Virus record (IMG/VR): IMGVR_UViG_3300049489_000417
Span: 1-59,183 of that record
DNA: 59,183 bases
Strand: one strand, 5' to 3'
Source: a virus
Taxonomy: Duplodnaviria; Caudoviricetes
Below the pieces are notes generated by a model, which was not told where the DNA came from, did no database searches, and saw only the letters and a list, made by a program, of their open reading frames with translations. A program made the translations under genes and the position numbers. Each line of letters opens with the position of its first letter. Within the stretch, counting starts at the first letter, position 1. Shown here in pieces: positions 53,669-59,183 of this stretch.

Positions 53669-54066
53669 CCCCCATCCAAGACCACGCCTACCACCTACGC
53701 CAGCGCCTCATACGCGGCGACGAATCCGCCAAGCGCATGCATTTCCAAGCACTGGTGAAGATGGGCGTTGATGAGGTCGAGGCCGCGAACAGGTCCGGGT
53801 ATCACCACATCGTCCCGATTGACAAGTTCCTTCAGCGCTTCGGATGGACGCTAGTGGTCGGCTGCACATTGATCCTGCTCGGTCTGTACGCCAGTACGAC
53901 CGCTGCCAACATGGAGAACAAGGACAAGGTGCAAGAACTGACCAACCTTGAGCAAGCCGTGTACCGCTGCATGAAAGGCCAACCCATGATGATCGGTCAA
54001 GAGTGGTTCAAGTGCACCTGCCTGTCGAGTGACGACCCGAAGGGCTGCCCGGAGGAAGCGAAATGA
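53665..54066 (+). CDS. single-TM hypothetical protein
   Basis: ATGA coupling; TM segment. Confidence 0.7.
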   Translation: MTPIQDHAYHLRQRLIRGDESAKRMHFQALVKMGVDEVEAANRSGYHHIVPIDKFLQRFGWTLVVGCTLILLGLYASTTAANMENKDKVQELTNLEQAVYRCMKGQPMMIGQEWFKCTCLSSDDPKGCPEEAK

Positions 54067-54245
54067 AAAAGACCGCATGGTTCCCGCCGCACATCAAGCC
54101 GGTGCACGAAGGATGGTACGAGTGCAAATGTTGTAACTCGTCGTTCTGGTGGAATGGTGAAGTTTGGCTCTACGATATGGATTCTCCATTTAAAGTGCTA
54201 TTCCAAGAAATATACTGGCGCGGACTGACGGAGGAAGCGAAATGA
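54063..54245 (+). CDS. small Trp-rich phage protein
   Basis: WFPPHIKPVHEGWYE...WRGL motif. Confidence 0.75.
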   Translation: MKKTAWFPPHIKPVHEGWYECKCCNSSFWWNGEVWLYDMDSPFKVLFQEIYWRGLTEEAK

Positions 54246-54718
54246 AAAGGGCGAAACTAACAAAAGCAAATTTGCAGAACAAAGTAAGTATCTCAGAGAA
54301 GGGATGTTGGCTATGGAGTGGAGCTAGAAAAACAGCAGGAACTAGAGGGTTTTCATACGGATGGGTGACACTCGACGGAAAGCAACAGAATGCTCACAGA
54401 GCAGTATGGGCTCTATTTTTTGGAGACATACCGAGAGGTTTTTATGTGTGCCATAAATGTGACGTTCCTTTGTGTGTAAATCCAGACCACTTATTTCTAG
54501 GAACACCATCTGACAACATGCAAGATATGTGGAATAAAAACCGCCATAAAAGACCAGATGAAAGCAACCTGCACCGCAAACTAAGTAATGAACAGGTATC
54601 ACAGATAGTTGATCTTCTTTCAACCGGAGAAACACAAAAGCTAATTGCTAATAAATACGGCGTGTCGCAAGCGTGTATATCAAATATCAACACAAAAAGG
54701 AGTTGGGGGCGTGCGTAA
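54242..54718 (+). CDS. HNH homing-type endonuclease with C-terminal HTH
   Basis: GCWLWSG, AHR, VCHKCD.PLCVNPDHLFLGT..DNMQD; AT-richer than flanks. Confidence 0.92.
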   Translation: MKRAKLTKANLQNKVSISEKGCWLWSGARKTAGTRGFSYGWVTLDGKQQNAHRAVWALFFGDIPRGFYVCHKCDVPLCVNPDHLFLGTPSDNMQDMWNKNRHKRPDESNLHRKLSNEQVSQIVDLLSTGETQKLIANKYGVSQACISNINTKRSWGRA

Positions 54719-54905
54719 AGAACAAGTAGCAGAGTGGGCCAACAAAGCCGGCGGGTTCCACCTCGAAACTTTTGAACAGTTCTTCTTTGAACTCTGCCGC
54801 CTCGCCCGTGAGGACATGCGTGAGCAGTGCGCGAAATTTGTTGAAACAAAAGCGTGGCCGAGCGGTGAATATCTTGCCAAGCAAGTCCGCAATCTGGAGG
54901 TGTGA
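54711..54905 (+). CDS. hypothetical protein
   Basis: AGGAG RBS before GTG; REQCAK. Confidence 0.6.
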   Translation: MRKEQVAEWANKAGGFHLETFEQFFFELCRLAREDMREQCAKFVETKAWPSGEYLAKQVRNLEV

Positions 54906-54908
54906 AAG

Positions 54909-55100
54909 GTGCCCTTCTTAGCATGTTTGAAGTACCGTCTTCGCCTGCATCTCGGCATCGGCGAGGAGCTGAATCGCCGCGTGAAAGTTGAGCAGTATCT
55001 CTTTGACTGCGCAGCGGGGAAGAAGCCGCTTCCAGATCAAGCAACCTGCCGAGAGCTTGCGCTGTATCTCGGAACTCCGAAGCGAAAACTGGAGGTGTGA
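54909..55100 (+). CDS. hypothetical protein
   Basis: 63-aa ORF; GKKPLPD..TCRELA..LG. Confidence 0.6.
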   Translation: MPFLACLKYRLRLHLGIGEELNRRVKVEQYLFDCAAGKKPLPDQATCRELALYLGTPKRKLEV

Positions 55101-55101
55101 G

Positions 55102-55338
55102 ATGAAAATAGGCTTCTTGGTTCTTTCTACCCTTCTACTTGTTGGCTGTGAAGAACCGGCTCGACCGGATCAGTGTATGCGCCGCGAGATTTTTCAGCAG
55201 TGCATGAAGGCGCTACCGGCAGGGCCGCAGGCAACGAAATACAACGACTGGGACGAGGTTGTTTCCCAGTGCGAAAGCGTCGCATATCACCAATCCCTGC
55301 GCAAGTCAGACAGTATTAAGCCGGAGTGCAAGCTATGA
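55102..55338 (+). CDS. small lipoprotein
   Basis: MKIGFLVLSTLLLVG-C lipobox; DQC.R..IF..C...NDWDEVV..C. Confidence 0.75.
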   Translation: MKIGFLVLSTLLLVGCEEPARPDQCMRREIFQQCMKALPAGPQATKYNDWDEVVSQCESVAYHQSLRKSDSIKPECKL

Positions 55339-55618
55339 AAACCGAAAACTGCTCGAAGCAGCACAAGCGTTGTTGGAAGGGAAGCGGGTGATGGCTGTCT
55401 ATTCCGGGCAAGCTCCGTTTGAATGGGACGGCAGAGGCTGGAATCGTAGTTGGAACGCTTTCATCGCCCCCGAGCCGAAGAAGATGCGGAAGGTGAAGAT
55501 GCTGGCGTGGTTCGACTCTTTCGATGAGCTGAGGTGGAAAAAAGGAGATGTGCAAGTGCCGCTTAATTGGGAGCGCGTCCCCGCCGAAGACAAAGAAATC
55601 GAAGTGGAGGATGTATGA
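55335..55618 (+). CDS. hypothetical protein with apparent 1-nt deletion in A-run at 55345-55348
   Basis: ATGA-coupled MKTE(K) joins LLEAAQALLEGK only if one A is added. Confidence 0.55.
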
Positions 55619-55935
55619 CCGACCGCGAACTGTTGGAACTGGCTGCGAAGGCAGCGGGAATTACTGGTGTTTGGGACAGCTACGCCAACGTATTCGTGCC
55701 AACACACGGGCGACTTACTTGGTCTCCCCTCACCGATGATGGCGATGCGCTGCGACTGGCGGTGAAGTTGCGATTCGATATTTGCACCGAGGACAACGAC
55801 GGTCCTACGCATATAAACGTATGGCCGTTTGGCGGTGGGTCAGGGTGTAGCGAGGCCGGAGACACTGACCCCTACGCCGCCACCCGCCGAGCCATCGTGC
55901 GAGCCGCTGCTGAAATCGGAAAGGAACTGAAATGA
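55615..55935 (+). CDS. conserved phage protein
   Basis: MTDRELLELAAKAAG, WSPLTDDGDALRLAVKL, ATRRAIVRAAAEIG. Confidence 0.85.
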   Translation: MTDRELLELAAKAAGITGVWDSYANVFVPTHGRLTWSPLTDDGDALRLAVKLRFDICTEDNDGPTHINVWPFGGGSGCSEAGDTDPYAATRRAIVRAAAEIGKELK

Positions 55936-56615
55936 GCAAAGACCTGATTGAATGGAACTTGTCTGCCATATTGCATATTATCCGCAACCCATATGGATTT
56001 ACGGAAGACCAGCAACGTGACGCCAGACTCGCAGCAGCCGACCGCATCGAGCAGTTGGAAGCGGAGCTAAAAGACACAATTCGATCACGTGACTGGTACA
56101 AGGGCCGTGTCGATTTGCTTCAAGCTAATCAATCAAGAATGCGCGATCCAGAGCGAACGATTGTTTGCGACATTCTCGCAAACGGGTTCTTACTAGAACC
56201 GAGTGGCGGTAGGTATGCACTCAAGGCGCAGAGCGAGCCGGTGGCGTGCGAATCTTGCAGCGGCGACAGAAGGGTGTATGTGGGCGAGCGTTTCATCGCT
56301 TGCCCTTCCTGCACCACCCCACAGCCAAGCGCGGCAGGCTGGCTCCGAGCAGTCGATGAAGCAATGGTCTGCTCTCACCTTGGAGTTGTCAACGCCTCTG
56401 ACGACTACGCCACTGCCAAGAAGAAACTCAATGTCCTGATCTGCTGGTCGGTGCAGATTGACCGTGATCTTGGGCAAGGCGCGGAAGATGCGAAGGATGC
56501 TGCGATTGTGGCGATGGTGGATGCTGCGATGGTTGAAATGAAAAACATATCCCCGCCGCTTCGACGTAGTGAATGTCAGAGGCTAATACTCGCAGCAATC
56601 GCCGCACGGGGATAG
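55932..56615 (+). CDS. mosaic phage accessory protein (Ead/Ea22-like modular type)
   Basis: AADRIEQLEAE, EPVA, CxxC..CxxC modules. Confidence 0.75.
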   Translation: MSKDLIEWNLSAILHIIRNPYGFTEDQQRDARLAAADRIEQLEAELKDTIRSRDWYKGRVDLLQANQSRMRDPERTIVCDILANGFLLEPSGGRYALKAQSEPVACESCSGDRRVYVGERFIACPSCTTPQPSAAGWLRAVDEAMVCSHLGVVNASDDYATAKKKLNVLICWSVQIDRDLGQGAEDAKDAAIVAMVDAAMVEMKNISPPLRRSECQRLILAAIAARG

Positions 56616-56651
56616 GGATTCTCTACTAATTCGCAAGGAGATTAGTACAAA

Positions 56652-56879
56652 ATGACACTAACCGAGCTGGATCAAATCGTCAGGCAGCAAGAAGAAATCG
56701 CCCGCCTCACCAAACAACTGACCTTCATCGAGTCGCTATTTGAGCGCAAGTGGAACGGAGTCGTTGGGTCAGGCAGTAAATCCACTTGGCACATCAAGGG
56801 CGACTACCGGCACAGAATCGCAAACATGCACGGCGAGACTTTCGGTGAAGCCATCGACGCCGCACGGGGAGAGGGATGA
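56652..56879 (+). CDS. hypothetical protein
   Basis: AAGGAG RBS; ends AIDAARGEG. Confidence 0.7.
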   Translation: MTLTELDQIVRQQEEIARLTKQLTFIESLFERKWNGVVGSGSKSTWHIKGDYRHRIANMHGETFGEAIDAARGEG

Positions 56880-57157
56880 TGAAACAGGCTTTAGAAGCAT
56901 TACGGCGAGTAGTTGACTCGTACTACGGAAGTCACCATCCTTTCCACAGCCCTATTTGGGATGACGCAGAGCTTGGCCTTCGAGAAATTAAATCCGAACT
57001 TTACAGCCTCACCAAGCAGCGGGAGGAGTTTGCGAGCGCGATTGTGGCGATGGTAGAAGACGGCTGGTTGGATTATGGTTATGAGGGTATGAGCGAAGCC
57101 CAAGAAAAGTGCTACGAAGCCTACATCAAGATCAAAGCAGCACAGGGAGAGGGGTGA
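56876..57157 (+). CDS. hypothetical protein
   Basis: ATGA coupling. Confidence 0.7.
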   Translation: MMKQALEALRRVVDSYYGSHHPFHSPIWDDAELGLREIKSELYSLTKQREEFASAIVAMVEDGWLDYGYEGMSEAQEKCYEAYIKIKAAQGEG

Positions 57158-57435
57158 TGAGTGATTTAATGCTCCACGGCGTACTCTGTATGCCGCCAGA
57201 ACTTTGGCAAGACTCGGAGATTGACAAACGACAAAGGTATGCGCGTTATCTGGCAGCATCCCGCAGGATCGAGGACGCCGATAAAGAAATCACCCGCCTC
57301 ACCAAGCAGCGGGATGAGTTGGTTGATCTAATGAACCAAATTGGAGAAATCAACAGAGTCAAGAAATACGATATTGAAATCACAAAACTTGTCAGAGCAG
57401 CACTCGCCAAGGTGAAACAAGATGAAGTGGCTTGA
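57157..57435 (+). CDS. hypothetical protein
   Basis: TGATG coupling; MSDLMLHG. Confidence 0.7.
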   Translation: MSDLMLHGVLCMPPELWQDSEIDKRQRYARYLAASRRIEDADKEITRLTKQRDELVDLMNQIGEINRVKKYDIEITKLVRAALAKVKQDEVA

Positions 57436-57808
57436 CCGAAGGATTGCAAGACCGGGGCCGTACCTTTGCCTGTGTCTGAGCGAAAAGGAATACAAGACCG
57501 CGATGAAGCACTGCGGGTTAGAGGTCGATCATGTCTGGCTGAACGACAACGCCAACGCCACGACGCACCTGCTGCGTAACCCGAAGCGCGAACTCTGCTG
57601 CATCGTTTGTCTTGGCGATGTGGAGGGTCGTTTGCCAGTTGAGACTGCCGGCATTCTGATCCATGAGGCCGTCCATGTCTGGCAAGAATACTGCGCTGAC
57701 ATTGGTGAGACGCACCCGGCGAGCGAGCAGGAAGCCTACGCGATTCAAGCGGTGTCCCAAGAATTACTAGCTGAGTTTGCAAGGAGGTTAGACAATGCCG
57801 GTACTTGA
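57422..57808 (+). CDS. HExxH zincin-like phage protein
   Basis: LIHEAVHVWQ...EQEAYAIQ. Confidence 0.8.
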   Translation: MKWLDRRIARPGPYLCLCLSEKEYKTAMKHCGLEVDHVWLNDNANATTHLLRNPKRELCCIVCLGDVEGRLPVETAGILIHEAVHVWQEYCADIGETHPASEQEAYAIQAVSQELLAEFARRLDNAGT

Positions 57809-58076
57809 CCACGCTACCCACGAAAGCACCGTCGCCAGCGCCCAAGGGTATGGGTGCAAGAACAAGGAAAGGGCGATTGTCTACTTCGCCCCCGGAGGGC
57901 TTGTTCCCGCTTACGCCGGTTCAATGCAGATGCACGTCCAGACAGTTCCAGTAGCCAACCGCATGTCCAAGGAATGCCGCTACGACATGAGCCTCATGGA
58001 TGGGCGGTGCGAAGGATGTACCAAGCGGGGGCAGGGCGAGGAATACGATCAACGAATCAGGAGTGATGGGAAATGA
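57795..58076 (+). CDS. Cys-containing hypothetical protein
   Basis: AAGGAGG RBS; YGCKN, CRYD, CEGC. Confidence 0.75.
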   Translation: MPVLDHATHESTVASAQGYGCKNKERAIVYFAPGGLVPAYAGSMQMHVQTVPVANRMSKECRYDMSLMDGRCEGCTKRGQGEEYDQRIRSDGK

Positions 58077-58342
58077 CTGAGTGGCAGATTCTTCTAAACA
58101 CCGTTCCAAAACCGCTTGAGCTTCCGAAGTCCAGACCGCGACATAAGGTGCAAGCCTATCGCCGGCTGTTGCAGACTCCGAAGACGGCAGATGAACTGTG
58201 TGCGGCCCTTGGGCTTACACTGAAAGGTTGCAGCGGCGTACTTAGTGGAATGGCAAAGCGCGGCCTGGTGCGTCGCTGTGGAAAAGTAGGTCGGGACGGT
58301 TGCGTTGGCCGCGAGAAGGTTCTTTGGGAGTGGGTGAAATGA
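58073..58342 (+). CDS. winged-helix DNA-binding protein
   Basis: TADELCAALGL...LSGMAKRGLVRR pattern. Confidence 0.7.
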   Translation: MTEWQILLNTVPKPLELPKSRPRHKVQAYRRLLQTPKTADELCAALGLTLKGCSGVLSGMAKRGLVRRCGKVGRDGCVGREKVLWEWVK

Positions 58343-58379
58343 AAACTAACGTGCGTGTTCATAGGATGAGGGGATAGAG

Positions 58380-58577
58380 ATGAAATACTCAATGAGCAAT
58401 GAAGAACTGGCTGCAGCGATTGAGTATGCGTTCCAATGTTGCGATCAGAAGTATGTTGGCGGTTACAACACCAGTACCACGGAGCCGGGAAAGGTCATGC
58501 TTGAGCACTTGAAGGAGCTTACCAAGATTCAGAGGATGAGAGCGGGTCTTGTTGATGTGGAGGTAGAGCTGAAATGA
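58380..58577 (+). CDS. hypothetical protein
   Basis: MSNEELAAAI...EHLKEL..IQR.RA. Confidence 0.7.
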   Translation: MKYSMSNEELAAAIEYAFQCCDQKYVGGYNTSTTEPGKVMLEHLKELTKIQRMRAGLVDVEVELK

Positions 58578-58756
58578 GCTACCTAACCGGACGCCAGTGG
58601 GACCACGCCCCACGCTACTGCGAACAGCACCAAGGCAAAGCGCCAGCAAAGGGTGGCGAGTACAGAACCAAAGACCGAATCCACCAAGTGTGGGTGTGTG
58701 CGAAGTGCATTGAGCGGGAGAAGGAACGTGACGGACAAAACTTGCGGAACCTGTAA
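58574..58756 (+). CDS. small zinc-binding protein
   Basis: CEQH...WVCAKC. Confidence 0.65.
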   Translation: MSYLTGRQWDHAPRYCEQHQGKAPAKGGEYRTKDRIHQVWVCAKCIEREKERDGQNLRNL

Positions 58757-58967
58757 GTACAGGGGGGAAGCGATTTTAGGAAAATGGGACAAAAATACCA
58801 GACAGAGGGAATTGAGCAGCTATTTCCTTTGCGAACGCATAAAACACGACTCAGAGAATCATTACACAAAGGGTCAAGTTGCAATAACCCGCGACGGAAG
58901 TGGATACTACGCTGCTCTTTGCGTGGAAACAGATTTCGGGTGTAACCTTTGGGAGTGTGGAACGTGA
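58728..58967 (+). CDS. small Cys-rich protein
   Basis: GTG start; TCGTCKY...C...DFGCNLWE. Confidence 0.7.
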   Translation: MTDKTCGTCKYRGEAILGKWDKNTRQRELSSYFLCERIKHDSENHYTKGQVAITRDGSGYYAALCVETDFGCNLWECGT

Positions 58968-59113
58968 ACGCAATCAAGATCGGTGAGTACATGATCTACA
59001 GAACGGAAATTGGAACTATCTGGATCGAGCACGAAAGCGGTGAAGGCGTGGAGGTATCCGAAAAAGCGTTCTCAGAAGTTATCAAAACCTTCTTCTACAA
59101 CGAGGTTTTCTAA
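58964..59113 (+). CDS. 49-aa hypothetical protein
   Basis: GTGA coupling; IWIEHESGEG. Confidence 0.6.
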   Translation: MNAIKIGEYMIYRTEIGTIWIEHESGEGVEVSEKAFSEVIKTFFYNEVF

Positions 59114-59183
59114 TGTCACCAAAACAAATCGCTGAACTCCGCGAAGAAGCGGATCGCCTTGGCCGGCAACTCAACATCATGTG

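Noticed and set aside
1-59183. Prophage, stop-codon recoding or integrase module
   Set aside because: No integrase, repressor or host genes; long genes read through in the standard code and no suppressor tRNA is present

Overview
The whole window is part of a lytic, podovirus-like dsDNA phage genome with an N4-gp56-type capsid; the host is probably a proteobacterium (inference). 1-3.0 kb (+) holds the end of a replication/nuclease module. 3.2-41.1 kb (-) is the virion, packaging and lysis operon: terminases, portal, scaffold, major capsid protein, adaptor, many tail-fibre/spike proteins, holin-like protein, M15 endolysin and ejection proteins including a 2730-aa giant. 41.2-59.2 kb (+) carries early/middle genes, a probable origin, a primase-helicase, four tRNAs and a mosaic of small accessory genes. 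The most striking content is non-coding. (i) A ~362-nt RNA in the tRNA cluster is closed by a long stem ending in ACCA and contains an embedded tRNA-like domain and a 7-nt periodic repeat array, just downstream of a coiled-coil protein gene. (ii) An ornate IC3-type group I ribozyme interrupts no visible gene and sits just upstream of an intact tRNA-Ile(CAU). (iii) Two more structured intergenic RNA candidates and a repeated hairpin+TTGCAC element occur before early genes. Protein family assignments come from motif recognition, not database searches. Several start codons were adjusted from the ORF track by hand.
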